Shown: piece after piece, positions 27,305 through 40,936 of the stretch
Position numbering within the stretch: the stretch's first letter is position 1
How the letters are laid out: each line of letters opens with the position of its first letter
Assembly (NCBI GenBank): GCA_964016885.1
Contig: OZ024742.1
Coordinates: 119,412,001-119,476,000, forward strand
DNA: 64,000 nucleotides
Source of the DNA: Eledone cirrhosa
Taxonomy: Eukaryota
Direction: 5' to 3'
The notes under the pieces: model-generated
Seen by the model: the letters and a program-made list of their open reading frames with translations, nothing else
Told to the model about the DNA's origin: nothing
Database searches by the model: none
Made by a program: the position numbers and the translations under genes

Positions 27305-28896
27305 GTATAGCACATCATAAAACATATGAAGAAGAGATGGGCAGAATATGTAGCTCTAATATTGATTAGTCCTAAATAAGTGAAAATTCGGCAACATCTG
27401 ACATATGGGACAGAGTTGACAAATTTCGATGAATAAAGATTGCCCAAACAATTAATAGACAAAAAACATTTTCCGGTTTCAGGGGGTGATTTTAAAATAT
27501 AAAACAAGTAAAGGAGATAACTCCAATGAGATCAGGTGATCGAAGTTTTGGGGCAGTATAGACAATGCATATTGGGGCGGTGCTGGTAAAAGTGATGGAT
27601 ATTGTACCACGTGAAAAACAAATAAAAAATAATAAAAACAAACATTTTCTCCTCAAACGAAGAGTCAGTTTCGAAAGGTCGAATTTCGTTTCTCACTGCG
27701 GTTTACGAACTTATCTAAACCCAGAAACTTAACATTAATATTTGAAGGTTAAAGTAAATGACTATTATTTCCTAACTTAACCAAGATAACCATCAGAATT
27801 CAAAAAATTTAGAAGTGAACTGCTTTGACATTAGTCAAGTCAGCAGAAAAAAAAAAATAATAATAAAAGATTATGGTGGAGCTGGTGAAAGAGCGATGTA
27901 TATGTTTTGGTATCATTAGACCTCTTCAACGAAGCATATTAGTATATATGGGAAACTGCAGAGATAATTATATCCCGGTGGATCAACTTTTAGATCCGAT
28001 TTCAACGCCCACTTTAATTATATTATATCAAATACTCCTCGTACTTACGATTGTCGGCTACTGACAATGGTGGGATAGATATATTTAGCTCTTGGCTTAC
28101 TACAAAAATACAAATTCTTCGATGGTGTTCGAAACGCTCAGTAAGAACGTGGGTACATTTTCATTTTCATGTTAGTATGCCGTGAGAAAAAGTTTTAAGT
28201 TATTGTTTCGAGTTCTGCTTTTTGACTTTCATCTCCTTTAAACATAGTTGAGGGAAACAGTTTGAGAGAAAGCAAAACAATATGTATGCATTTCTGAATC
28301 TCTTAAATACATCACCAGCCCTTTCTATTGCTTTGTTTCTCTCCATTGCTGCCCATGCCGCAATTAATTGTCTATGTTTGATATGTTGACATTACTGTTA
28401 ACTAAAAACATTCTTTACGTTATATTTGAATATACACATATAAAAACTCATGTGTGGCTTTAGAAGGTGGCTTCGCATCCATGTTGTTCCCGATTCGACC
28501 TTACTGTACAACAGCTTAAGCAAGTGCTTAGCCTATCGTATAACCCCAAATTGTCCATGGTAGACGGAAACGCGTTTGTGCGCGTGCGTGTGTGCATGTG
28601 TGTGCATAAAAAAGTCAACAACGAAAAATAACACGATAGAACAATGCAGTGAAATGATGATATATTAATTTAACGCTTGATATAGTAGGAAAAGAGTCTT
28701 AAAGTTTAGGATGTTAGTTTTTCACCGGAAGATAGAATAAGAGAAGATAGAAGAAATAGAAGGATATACGAGAGTAAGAGCCAGACGAGACGGAAGGAGG
28801 AAAGAACATGTGTATTTAGTCAGCCATTATATATATATATATATACAGTAATTGAGTATTCAAAACCTTAGCGGTATGTCGCATATCCAATCTCTC

Positions 28897-28965
28897 ATAT
28901 ATTTTATCTGATGAAAACGTACTGAAACACCATTATACCTTTGAAATATGTATAATAAAATATAT
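28897..28965 (+). ncRNA. Type I hammerhead ribozyme motif (C.C class)
   Basis: AUAUAUUUUAU-CUGAUGA-AAAcGUA..UACcUUU-GAAA-UAUGUA-UA|AUAAAAUAUAU; related to the 18381 motif. Confidence 0.75.
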
Positions 28966-29005
28966 ATTTTGGTTATGAGAATATTTTTCATTTATTAATA
29001 TTTTG

Positions 29006-29084
<79 letters not shown>

Positions 29085-29394
29085 GAGAGCGAGAGATGTA
29101 TATATATATGTGTCTGTATGAGTGTTAGAGTGTTTGTGCGTGTGTAAATACGTTCGAATAATTTGAGTATACAACAGTATATATGACCATATATATTATT
29201 TACAACTTCGCTTACGAAGTCAAAACATCTCTCCCATTGGTATATTATAACATGTACAGAAAATTATTTTACTTTGATAAGCTATTCTTCAAGGAACGAA
29301 TTTTCTTTCATTCTTGTTAGTCTAATGAAACGATCGTAAGATTATTAAATGTTTTAATCATGTTTAAATCCTTGTCTTAATATTTGTTTTGTTA

Positions 29395-29767
29395 CTATGC
29401 AAGAAACCTCCAATACGTCCTGAATATCTGAGGCTGCAGGTAGCGGCTTGATATTCTTTTCAACAAACTTTGCAGTTAAAAAACATCAATGACTGAGACT
29501 CAAAGAACAATAATAATAATAATAATAATGATTAAGAAAAGAACAGAACAATATTTGCGAATGATTCTTGGTTTACCCTTTCTGCACGAGGTGCAAACAA
29601 TTGTTTTGACTGGTACTGCTTTTTAGAACACTTCAAAAGGCATGCTTGCTGGGAACAGCAACAACCCTCCGATACGTCCTGGATATCTGAGGCTGCAGGT
29701 AGCGGCTTGATATTCATTTCAACAAACTTTCCGGTTAAATAACATCAATGACTGAGACTCAAAGAAC

Positions 29768-29810
<43 letters not shown>
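29395..29810 (+). mobile_element. Two tandem 3'-end fragments of the Dong-type element
   Basis: Both match the reverse complement of ~24952-25100 and end in (AAT)n. Confidence 0.8.
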
Positions 29811-29814
<4 letters not shown>

Positions 29815-29985
29815 TTTCTATTTTAGGCACAAAGCCAGTAATATTTTTTTTTGAGGGCGGAGGGGAAAGTCGATTAAATCGACCCAAGTGTGAGACTGGT
29901 ACTTTATTTTATCGACCCCGAAAGGTTGAAAGGCAAAGTTAACATTGGCGGGATTTGAACTCAGAACGTAAAGGGCCACAACTCT
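29815..29985 (-). mobile_element. SINE (related subfamily)
   Basis: Shares the core TTTTATCGACCCCG..AAGGCAAAGT..GGGATTTGAACTCAG. Other copies at 26186-26327(+), 38470-38637(-), 40098-40275(-), 41846-41950(+). Confidence 0.8.
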
Positions 29986-30062
29986 TTACGCTATAATAAT
30001 AATAATAATAATAATATATATATATATATACGACAGTATATACTTTAAGGTGGAAAAGTTAT

Positions 30063-30177
30063 TTTTCTTACGGCCACCGTTTCATAGTTCGTAAACCATA
30101 GCGAAAATCGATTATCAATTATCCACTATTGATTTTGGTAGAACTACGGAAGACGCGAAACTAATCGTCAGAGGAAA
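30063..30177 (-). ncRNA. Type I hammerhead motif (U.U class), large loop II
   Basis: UUUCCU-CUGACGA-U-UAGUU(U)CG-(loop)-CGAACUA-U-GAAA-CGG-UGG-CCG-UA|AGAAAA. Confidence 0.72.
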
Positions 30178-30730
30178 TCGTCTTTGTATAAGTTCCTATA
30201 AAGTACCAAATACCTTTATATCTGTCGTGTTCCAAGAAGTAGTCAATCCATACTTCGTGATATGAAGTAAGTTTTAACTGTGATAACAGATACTTAAAAT
30301 ATATACTGTTTTCCAAATATTATATGCTTTATATATATATTCTAGTCGATCGACTTTCGTCAAATCGGACCGAGGAAACTATGTTTCCGTTGGTCTTTCC
30401 AATTGCTAATACTATCTATCGGTCGCAACTCCAGGTAGAAGGAGCAAAGTGAAATAAAGTGTCTTGCTCAAGGACATAACGCATCGCCTGGTTCAGGAAT
30501 CGAACTCACAACCTCACGATTGTGAATCCAATACTCTAACCACTCAGCCACACGCCTTCATATATATATATATATATATGTACAAAATACTATGTGTTTC
30601 TCTGATGATATATTGCTATATACATATAACTTTCAATTTAAGTTATTGATGCTCTGGACAGACGTCCATTGAGCTTTTTCACTGAGAAACATATTCATCA
30701 TACATATTATATATGTTATAATACTTTAAA

Positions 30731-30808
<78 letters not shown>

Positions 30809-30836
30809 CGGATATTACCTTCCAGTGTTCCACCAC

Positions 30837-30910
<74 letters not shown>

Positions 30911-31033
30911 TGTGTGTGTATGTATGTATAGCCATATATAGTGGTGGAACACTGGAAGGTAATATCCGTAGTGGTAGAGCACTCAGTCCAAGGGACGAGT
31001 TAGGTAGAAATGGTTACACAACAGTTAGTTCAC

Positions 31034-31081
31034 CATACCGAGAACAATTGTTTCACCTTCGCGGATCTTCAGCTCGGGATG
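31034..31081 (-). ncRNA. Minimal type I hammerhead motif (U.U class)
   Basis: CAUcCCGAG-CUGAAGA-U-CC-GCGAA-GG-U-GAAA-CAAUUG-UU|CUCGGuAUG. Confidence 0.82.
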
Positions 31082-31099
31082 TGTATATATATATATATA

Positions 31100-32171
31100 T
31101 GAATAAAGTTAGTCCTTCATCAGTGATCTTCCAACCATCATTGGTATTTCATCGCTTTAAAGACCATATACCTCCGGTTGGTGCGAGCAACGGCTAAAAA
31201 AAGTCGTTGGGACACGTAAATAAAGGGGACACGAGTGTAAACAAACAAAAATGGTGAAGCAACGAAAAATGAGGAAGAAGGAGTCAAGTCCCAAATTTCT
31301 ATGAATTTAAATTCGGTGAAATCGTGAACGAGAGAGAATAAAGACCATCAAACCTGGTTGAAATGTGAGCAAGGAAGGAATTTCGCACAGGTCTAACGGG
31401 AGGAAGAAGGGTCTAGTCTGTGAATTCGGTAAACATAAGTTCTGTGAAATCGTAGACGAGAGAGAGAAAAAATGCCGACCGGCCTGGCAAGCGTGCGAAA
31501 GAAAAGAATTACGCACGGGTCAAACGGGAAGAAGGAGGAGGAGGAGAGGTAGTAACGGAGAATGAGTGAGTGAAGGGTGAGGAAGAGGCTAACAGAGAGA
31601 GTGACTGCTAGAGAGGGTAAATATACAGAGAAAGAGGAAGCATTAAGAACGAAATAGACGGGTAAAAGCAGGGGAAAAAATATGTGTAAATATGAAATAA
31701 ACGTGCTGCGGGGTTGCTAATGGGTTTACATATATATAAAGTTAGTCCTTCATCAGTGATCTTCCAACCATCATTGGTATTTCATCGCTTTAAAGACCAT
31801 ATACCTCCGGTTGGTGCGAGCAACGGCTAAAAAAAGTCGTTGGGACACGTAAATAAAGGGGACACGAGTGTAAACAAACAAAAATGGTGAAGCAACGAAA
31901 AATGAGGAAGAAGGAGTCAAGTCCCAAATTTCTATCAGCACGTTTATTTCATATTTACACATATTTTTTCCCCTGCTGTTACCCGTCTATTTCGTTCTTA
32001 CTGCTTCCTCTTTCTCTGTATCTTTACCCTCTCTAGCAGTCACTCTCTCTGTTAGCCTCTTCCTCACCCTTCACTCACTCATTCTCCGTTACTACCTCTC
32101 CTCCTCCTCCTTCTTCCCGTTTGACCTGTGCGTAATTCTTTTTTTTTCGCACTGATGAAGGACTAACTTTA

Positions 32172-32175
<4 letters not shown>
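31100..32175. mobile_element. Rearranged non-coding element with inverted termini in (TA)n
   Basis: Ends ATGAATAAAGTTAGTCCTTCATCAGTG / CACTGATGAAGGACTAACTTTATTCAT; 31105-31300 is repeated directly at 31738-31933; 31495-31706 is inverted at 31936-32150; a relative lies at 10780-11008. Confidence 0.75.
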
Positions 32176-32214
<39 letters not shown>

Positions 32215-32739
32215 CAGATTTGAAAAAAGAAGTCCTGGGGGTATTATGACTTCACACCACGTCTCTAAAATCATTGACCCCATTTACCTCCGTCATTTAG
32301 ATTAATTTATGTTGAAGAATGAATGAAACCGATGTAATATCCATAAGGTAAAAAAAAAATTATAAGCTGGGAAATACCTCTAAAAATAGAAAACATTTAA
32401 TCCGCTTAATTGTATACAACAGGAGCAAATATATAATGGAATTAACACGACTAATGCTTTCTTTATATTTTACTTTATATTTTATATTTTGTGAACATTG
32501 TTGGTTTATAAATTTCTAACTGGCCGATCATTGACTAACTGTAATTTAATTTTGTTGGTGAAAATGACAAAGGTGTATGTGGAACTTGAACAGAATGAAT
32601 ACCGCAAATTTTCTAACCTCAACAGACCCGTATTTTTATGCTCTGTGGTGTGTGTGTATAGGTGGGGTTCCAAGTTTATTTTAGGATTTGTATATGTATA
32701 TGTATATATAAATTTCTGAATATTTTGAAAGGGTTTCAT

Positions 32740-33480
32740 GACCGCATATGTTTGCTCACGTAAATATGGATAGAAAGCTGTCTGAACCCAACCCATAAAC
32801 GCCAGGAATAGAGTGAAGCAGGGAGATATTCTTGCTCCTACACTGTTTACATTGTACTTCGCAGTGGCATTTTAACTGGCTTTCGGTGACTGTAAACATG
32901 GTGTTTATGTCCGCTATCGAACAACTGGAAATGTATTTAACAGCAGACGTTTTAAAGCAAAGACAAAGGTATTTTCGACATTGGTGAGGGATTGCTCTAT
33001 GTCAATGACTGTGACATTGTGGTTGACACAGAAGAAGATATGCAACATCTACTGGATAATTTCCAGAAGGCCTGACTGTCTTGTGACTGACAATAAGTCT
33101 CAAGAAAGCTGGGGTGATGTTGCAATCTGTGCTTGGAAGCCAATACAGAGAGCCAAATATCTTTGTGGATGGGAAGCGCCTTGGAATAATAGAACATTTT
33201 GTTTATCTTTGAAGCACACTGAGAATAGGTCTTGCAACATGGATGATGAAGTGAATCTCAGGATTCAGAAAGCAAGTCATCTATGTTCCCAACATGGGAT
33301 CTCACTGCAGACGAAAGTAAGAATGTTCAATGCATGTGTTCTCACATCATTACTGTACACTTGTGAAACATGGGTAACTTACAGGTATCACTACAAACAA
33401 TTCGAAAGGTTTTACTAAATGAGTTTCAGAAGGATTGCTGGAATTGACTGGAGACCCATGGAAAGAGACTAAGATGCACT
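32740..33480 (+). mobile_element. Degenerate RTE/BovB-like LINE
   Basis: GVKQGDILAPTLF-like, DDEVNLRIQKAS and SLLYTCETW motifs with frameshifts. Confidence 0.75.
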
Positions 33481-34140
33481 GGTGGCAGACAACGACAGAG
33501 ACCTGAAACCCGTCAACAAACGACATAATGTTAGATGTAATTGACCCTGATCATTGGAACATTTTAGCTGCATCATGCATCTCAGGACGCGGGAGCTTCT
33601 AAGTAAGTAATTAGAGGAAGAATGTCGCCTGAAAGACAAATCTAATGAGTTGCAGTTCAAATGAGAGACTGGAGGTAATATTTAATGTGATATCTGGGAG
33701 GTTAGACACATTACGCGCCCCGGGGTTGAGGAAAGGCGGATGAAATAAATGGGGTTAGGTGGAAAAGCTATGCAAGCAACTAATTTAGAAGTTGTAGTAA
33801 CAATAGAAAAGGCAGAGAGATAAAAAAAAAGTGCAATTGTAAGATATAGATTATATCTTATATAGCCGCAAGATCTAGAAATTGCCGGGGAGGCGAAAAT
33901 GTGAAGTCATGTATTACATTTGTAAACAAACTTTCTTTTCATATTTGAATCAATGTTATCTAACTTAACTAAATAAATGGGATAGGTACATATTTTTCTA
34001 GGACTGTTTTTGTGCGGTTCTATTTAACCAGGACTTATCAATATTATCACAATAACACGTAAAGAAAAAGAAAACGCAGTCACATATATTTACTTACATA
34101 TATATATACATGTAGGTATACATACACCCCATATGTTTGT

Positions 34141-34172
<32 letters not shown>

Positions 34173-34237
34173 GCGCGCGCGCGTTTCTCGATTTATCAGC
34201 TCAATGTTCGATTTGTATCGATCTGACCCGACTCTGG

Positions 34238-34286
<49 letters not shown>

Positions 34287-34289
<3 letters not shown>

Positions 34290-37200
34290 ATAATAATAAT
34301 AAATTTGAAGACTAAAATCCAAAGGGGGCTCGATCAGGATAAATATATATCAAATATATAAGAACCGTAGTTGCGTTGGCGTGCCTTTTATTTCGATAAT
34401 CCGCGAAAAGCTGACAACAAACAGGATAAATTTGGGTTTAAAACCTATAATAACTCCCCGTGTAACCCAGCATTGCTACCCTTCGAAAATGATGTCTTGG
34501 AACTCATACGGAGTATCAAATTTCGGAATAGGAGCAATTCCTTCCAGCAGGACCTGAAGAATAGAATTCGTTCTATTAAGGATTCTAATGCCGTGCACGT
34601 CCATTCCGACAAAACTGGCAACCTATATCAAGTGGCGCGCAGTACTTACCATCAACTACTACATAATGCTGTAACTAAGGATTACCGTAAAACTAATCGG
34701 TGCGTCATCAATGAAATCAACGATGCTGGGTTTAAAATCACCTCTGATCTCAACATCCTGGACCGGACCGAACCTCTGGACCCTATTTCTCCCCACTTTA
34801 CCCTGAAGGATCACAAATCCAATTTTCTGAACAACCCCTCTATTCGGCTTATTAACCCTACGAAGTCCGATTTAAGTAGACTTAGTAAAAGGATTCTTGA
34901 TAGAATTATACCAGAAATTAGAAGTTTGGCCCCTCTTGCACTGTGGAACAATTCTTTCGCGGTGATTGATTGGTTCAACGGCATATGCAACAAGGAACAT
35001 TGCCGTTTTATCCAATTCGACATCAACAATTACTACTCCTCCATCACTTTACCACTTCTCATTAGAGCTATCAATTTCGCTAAAACAGTCACAGTAGTTA
35101 AGGATTTCGAAGTTGATGTCATCCTCAATGCCCGTAACTCGGTGATTAATTTCGACGACTCTATTTGGATTAAAAAATCCAATAGTACCCCATTCAACGT
35201 GAGTATGGGCGCCAGCGATTCTGCGGAGGTTACTGATCTTATCGACCTTTTCCTTCTTTTCTCTATCAAGGACGAATTCCCCAACGCGGGCGGTGGTTTG
35301 TACCGTGATGATGGTCTTTTGACCATGACTAAGTGCGGACCTCGTGCTTGCGACAGGTTCAGAAAAGAACTCACAGCCTTCTTTAAAGGCTTCAACCTCT
35401 CTATACAGATTGAGGCCAATCTCTCGGTCGTTAATTACCTCGATGTTACCCTCAATTTATCGAATGGGTTGTATTACCCGTATAGAAAGCCGAATGATAC
35501 GCTTAATTACATAAGTATGCATTCTAACCATCCTGCCAGCATAACCAAGAACCTAGTAAGAAACGTTTCGTCTATCTACTAACGAGCATATTTTCAACGA
35601 CCATTCCACTTATTGCAATGAAGTGGAATGGTCGGAGTGGATTTGTCGATAAGGTAGCATATACTGAGTACGAAAATAGACCTAGAAGAAATAGATCCCG
35701 TCGCATTTGTTGGTATAACCCACCATATAATATGGAGGTGGCCACACCATTAGCTAAGATCTTTCTTTCCCTTATTACGAAGCATTTTCTCCTACACATA
35801 AATATAGTAAAATTTTTAATAGAAATACTATTAAAATTTCTTACTCTACGACTCCTAACCTTGCACATAACATCACAGTTTCAAATTTAGCTAAACTACC
35901 TAGCCGTAGGAACACGTGCAACCCTGTAGTTAGTACTAACTGTAATTGTAGGAATCGGGTTGATTGCCCCCTATCCGGGAAATGCCTCTCTAGTAACATT
36001 GTCTACAAATGTAAGGTTGAAACACCCACGTCCCGTAGTGCCTACATAGGGTTAACCGCCAATAGATTCAAGCAGCGTCTTTACATGCATACCCATTCTT
36101 TTCGTTACCCTCTAAGAAGGAATATGCCGTCACTTTCAGCTTATATCTGGAGTCTAAAAGACAACCGCACCCAATATAAGTTACACTGGGAGATCCTAGC
36201 TAGAGCTAGAACGTATAACGGAAATAAAAGACCATGTGACCTCTGCGCCGCTGAGGCCCTGGAAATACTCTACGCCACAGACCACATCCTTAACAAAAAA
36301 TCTGAGGCAATTTCGGCTTGTAAACATAAATTGCACAAAACTTTCCTGTATTACAGCGCCACGTTATACCCTAACGGATAGTACGATCTATACGTGGATA
36401 TTTTACGTCTTGATGTGGTAGCTAAGTATATGTTTTATTTACACCATTACTTATTTGCATAGGTAAGTATATATTACCTGTATGTTTTGTGAAGGTACGT
36501 ATACTTTTTCGTACGTATATTTGATTGTATATGTTATGGCGTATAATTTTTTTATATATTCTGGTATATATGGTTTGGTTATGTGTATACGGGAGTTTTG
36601 CGTCTGTGTGAGTATACAGGTTCGTACGTATGTTGGGTGTGTGTATATGTGTACTTCATGTTTTGGTTGACTTACGTCTCCGAACATTTGTGTATTTACA
36701 TATAGGTATGTGTGTGCGCTTGTTATATACGTATTTTATTTATATACGTTTATTTAATTTATATGTGCGTGGTTTTGTATACCTATGGCAAGTGTTTTCG
36801 CGTATGCTTGTGTATGTACGTATTTGCATGCGTGTATGTATTTATTTAATTTCTATTACCTCTGTATTGTATTTTATTTACTTTATTCTTAACTCTGAAG
36901 CGGAGATTCATTCGGTTTCCTAGTTAGAATTTTAGTCTACGACTTCAGCTATACCATTTACGTGGTTTTGTCTTTGCGTGCAATTGTTCTCCCCGCTTCA
37001 CATACGACATATTATCTTCGTTTTTTTCGTTCATTTCCAGAGAACGTCTCTATGAACCACCTAAGAAAACATTAGTCTACGACTTCTTTTATACCATAAA
37101 CGTGGTTCTGTCTTTGCGCGTAATTGTTTTTCACTGCTCCTATTAATGACGCATTATATTCGTTTTTTCCCGTTCTTTGCCAGGGAACGTTTTCACGAAC

Positions 37201-37351
37201 CAAAGTATCGTCTTCTTGTCTTTCTCCAGTTGCAACGTTTTTTGAAATATCCACTTCTGCGTTTACAGATTGACTTTGTTAGTTTCAGAAGATCCCGTTA
37301 AGGGTGAAAGCAGCGATTCTTTGCTTAAACTTTAATCTGTTATTTTAATAA

Positions 37352-37352
<1 letters not shown>
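34287..37352 (+). mobile_element. Penelope-like retroelement (RT + GIY-YIG) with inverted 5' tail
   Basis: ORF 34371-35582: FDINNYYSSI, SMGA, YRDDGL, YLDVTLNL; frameshifted continuation WYNPPY, CNCRNRVDCP, IVYKC..AYIGLT; 34287-34370 matches the tail sequence seen at 7491-7570; inserted in (TA)n; 3' fragments at 7491-7722 and ~11100-11350. Confidence 0.93.
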
Positions 37353-37391
<39 letters not shown>

Positions 37392-37419
37392 GAGTATGTT
37401 AATTGAAGTTTGCGGCAAT

Positions 37420-38115
37420 GCAAAATAAATGGTCAGTGAACGGGCCGGAGTGAGCTAATCTGCATGTCTGGTCCCTCGTTGCCGATAGCTCAGCGGATTG
37501 TCATGGTTATATTTTCACTGAAGTGCGGTGGTTTCTGTAAGCAGGTATTGGAGGAGGTCCTATGTTTTTGGTGTTTCGAGCTCCTTATATGACTCAAGGT
37601 GGTTGTTGGGTATCCAGTGACTTTAAGTACTTCCAGGAAACGAGATGTGTGTGTGGCTTGGTCCTCCGCCTTGCTGCATTTGTTTCGGATACGTTTGAGT
37701 TCATTCCTCACGTATCCAATTTTAGCCCAAGTATCAGGGCCAATTTATAATGTACAAACAAGTCTCTACAGGTAGCTTTCCTGTAAAAGTTGGTGTAGAT
37801 GACACTCTCCTCCGTTACCCTCAGTTGGAAGTCAAATAGGGGCAGGGATCCAGTGCGATCAAGGTGTTCTACATTGAAATGTATATTACCGTCCGCGTTC
37901 GCGAATGTCCTGGGTATTTTGTCGGCCTATTCACTGGAGGATAAGAATATCGTCTATGTACCTTGTGAAGAAGGTACACGTGTAATAGTTATTGAGCGTA
38001 CGACAATCCAGTTGGTTCGTGTACGTGATGAGTTCTGAGAGGTTGGGTCCCTACTTGTCTGTTTGTAGATTTGTTGATGGAAGGTGAAGGTGTTGTCCAC
38101 GATGATGGATAAAAA
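37420..38115 (-). mobile_element. Degenerate Penelope-like RT fragment (different family)
   Basis: Minus-strand RYIDDI and FYRKATCRDLFVHY motifs. Confidence 0.65.
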
Positions 38116-38639
38116 TCACTGTATGTCGGATGCAAAAAGTTTGAAGAAGTATATGTAGCGAGAAATGATGCAGTCAGCTGACAGCTGGGTGGGCGGGTAC
38201 TGATGTGAAAAGGGAGACAACATCGAAGCTAAATATTTATGAATTATGTCTAAGTTGTTCTGGCGGTAGTTGTCGGAGTCTGTATATAACCTCATCAGAA
38301 CTGCTGTCATGTCCAGGAAAAGTAGAAAATATAGGATTGAGGACAGTGGCGTATTGCTGGGAGTATCTAAGGTTACAGCTGCAGCTCCCAAATAAATTAA
38401 AAAAATAGTGTATACTTTGCTCGTTTATTTTAATTACACAAAACATAATAAAATATGTACAATACAATAATTGTTTCTACTATTGGCACAAGGCCAGCAA
38501 TTACCTAGTGCATTACTGGTACTTTATTTTATCAACCCCGTAAGGATGAAAGGCAAAGTTAACCTCGGCGGGATTTGAACTCAGATCGTAAAGGGACGTA
38601 ACTATGCTGGAAAGCATGGCGTCCGACCCTCTACCGATG

Positions 38640-39095
38640 ACCACATACTACAAAAGGCAGGCGGAAGGGGTGGACAACCGAGCCGCTACCAGAGTAAAAG
38701 ATAACAGTATCGTGAGGAGCACTGGAATTTTTGAGGCAAGCCAGCACGTTCGCAGCGTTACCTCGGGTGATGGCGAGGCTGATGGGCTGGAACAACCAAG
38801 CGCCCCAGTTACTTCTGTTAAGCGAGCCGCCAGTGAAGATAGGAATCTTGCAGTCAGTAGCCCGACTCCCCCAAACGTCTCGAACGCCACAGGCTGGAAA
38901 ATGTAGCTGGCCGACAGATCACGGTATTTTAGAATTTTGTTCCGTTCGGCAGCGGAAGCTCTGGCTCTCACCCTAACTGCAGCATCCAGGATGTGGGAAG
39001 AAGCTAAAGAGTCACTAACTATGACGTCCCAGACAAGGCCTCTTCCTTTCGACCTGGAGCACAGGGTAGGACCGTCAGGTCTTTTCCCATCTGTT
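38640..39095 (-). mobile_element. CRE-like non-LTR endonuclease fragment
   Basis: DGKRPDG, WDV..SDSLA and KYRDLSASYIFQPVAFETFGG motifs. Confidence 0.7.
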
Positions 39096-40936
39096 TGAAA
39101 AATTCTAACATAGAATTATGGTGGAAGGTTTTTAAATAAATAATAGCATTTTAAAATAGCCAGCTTAGAACCAGTGGCTTGTAGACTGTTTATTAAAACT
39201 ATAGAAAGTATGGCTTGCTGCTAACCGTCAACTATCTCTTTCCACAGTTGCACGATGCTAGAAATGGACGAACGAAAGAAAAGGATAACAAATATGAACA
39301 GAATAAAACCGGCAGTGCACCAATCATTCAAAAGTTAATTAGAAATAAACTAAGGTGAGCAAAAAATATTTATCAATAACCAAAGTTAGTTTCAATATAT
39401 TTATGTCTCATGTAATTTATTCTTCGCTATTTCGCATTTAAAATGAAAGGTAGACTTCGACGATGAAGCCAGATGAACCCCTAAATATGTCCAGAGTTAT
39501 TCCTCTTACTTACTGAAAAAATGAAAGTAATATTGGTGATTGACTAAAAATCATGTTTTTTTAACACCACGTAATCATTTCCTATTTGTTTAGATTCCAT
39601 GCATTAGATAGGTTAACGCAAGCATCTTTGAATTATTTAAGCCCTTGACTGTTTATTTATTTCGTGACAATAAACAAAGAAACAAATCATTAGAAAGAAA
39701 GCAAACAACAACAAAAACATATACACTCACTCACTTGACGGGGAATGCTTGAGTTGCTATCTAAAAATGTTTGGGTCAACCGAAAACACTAACGGTATTG
39801 CCACAGGTGAGAGCAAGGCAGGGAGTGTTGGAACATCAAAGTGTCTTTACGAGTATCACCTGATATTTCAGCAAAGCGATCACATAGATTAACCATCTTC
39901 TAATTCACCATCTTCTAAAAATCTATCAGGCTCCTCCGTATGAACTCTGAAGAATCTAACCGAGAATTGAGATGATATTAGTCCATTTTATAATTACTGA
40001 TGTGGCGAGCGAAATGACTTGTATTTGTTTCAAAGAATAAGAAAATAGAAACTACGAGGTTTCTGCCTTTGTAAGAAGATTAGCAGTACAACAGATAATT
40101 GTTTCTACCTTTGGCACAAGGCCAGCAATTACCCAGTGTATTACTGAGTTTTCAGGAAGGGGAAAGTCGATTAAATCAACCCCAGTATGTTACTGGTAGT
40201 TTATTTTATCGATACAGTAAGAATGAAAACTAAAGCCAACCTCGCGGGATTTTAACTCAGAACGTAAAAGGGTATAACTGTCTGTCGCTTTTGTGTTACA
40301 GGGAGACAACTCGTTATCGATAAATTTTAAAGATGAAACGCAGTTTGTGCACTTACTGTTTTCACCTTAGTTATTTGGAAGGACGATCTTGTTATTTATT
40401 GAGTAATTATAAAATAGGTATAGGTTTATTCTAATAACTAATTCAATTTGACCTTTTTACATACTCTATTTTTCTAAACAATCCAAGTTGACAATAATGT
40501 TAAGTAATCTCCCTTTACAACTGAAACGTCATTACAACCCACGATTTAAACATGTAAATTAAGCCTCACTGTTGTATTTAAAACATTACGATTTCACTTT
40601 TATTAGTGATATTTATCATTCAAAATCATTTCTTAAAATCCAGTAAAATACAAACACGACAGTTCATGTAATTTCTACTCTCGGGTATAAGAAAAAAATC
40701 TCAGTATTCTACCTTGATCTCTTATTACGTAGTCATTCGGAAAGCTTGACGGGTAGTATATATTCCTTTTTTTTTCTTTTGCCGTATTTGATTGTTTTAT
40801 TAAATATTAACAGTTTTATTATGTTATTTTATATATAGATATATTTTGTTTTTAAAAATCATTTAAATTTTTTTTGTCCGTGAATTTTGTTTGTTTGGGT
40901 TTTCCTCAACAGATTACACATTTGTTGTTGTACAAG

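Noticed and set aside
27893-27935. Hammerhead-like UUGAAGA-GGU..ACC-AAAA (minus strand)
   Set aside because: Both core segments are mutated and there is no convincing stem I. Similar weak candidates at ~6823, 10277, 18950, 32322, 36895, 38298 and 39946 were also rejected.
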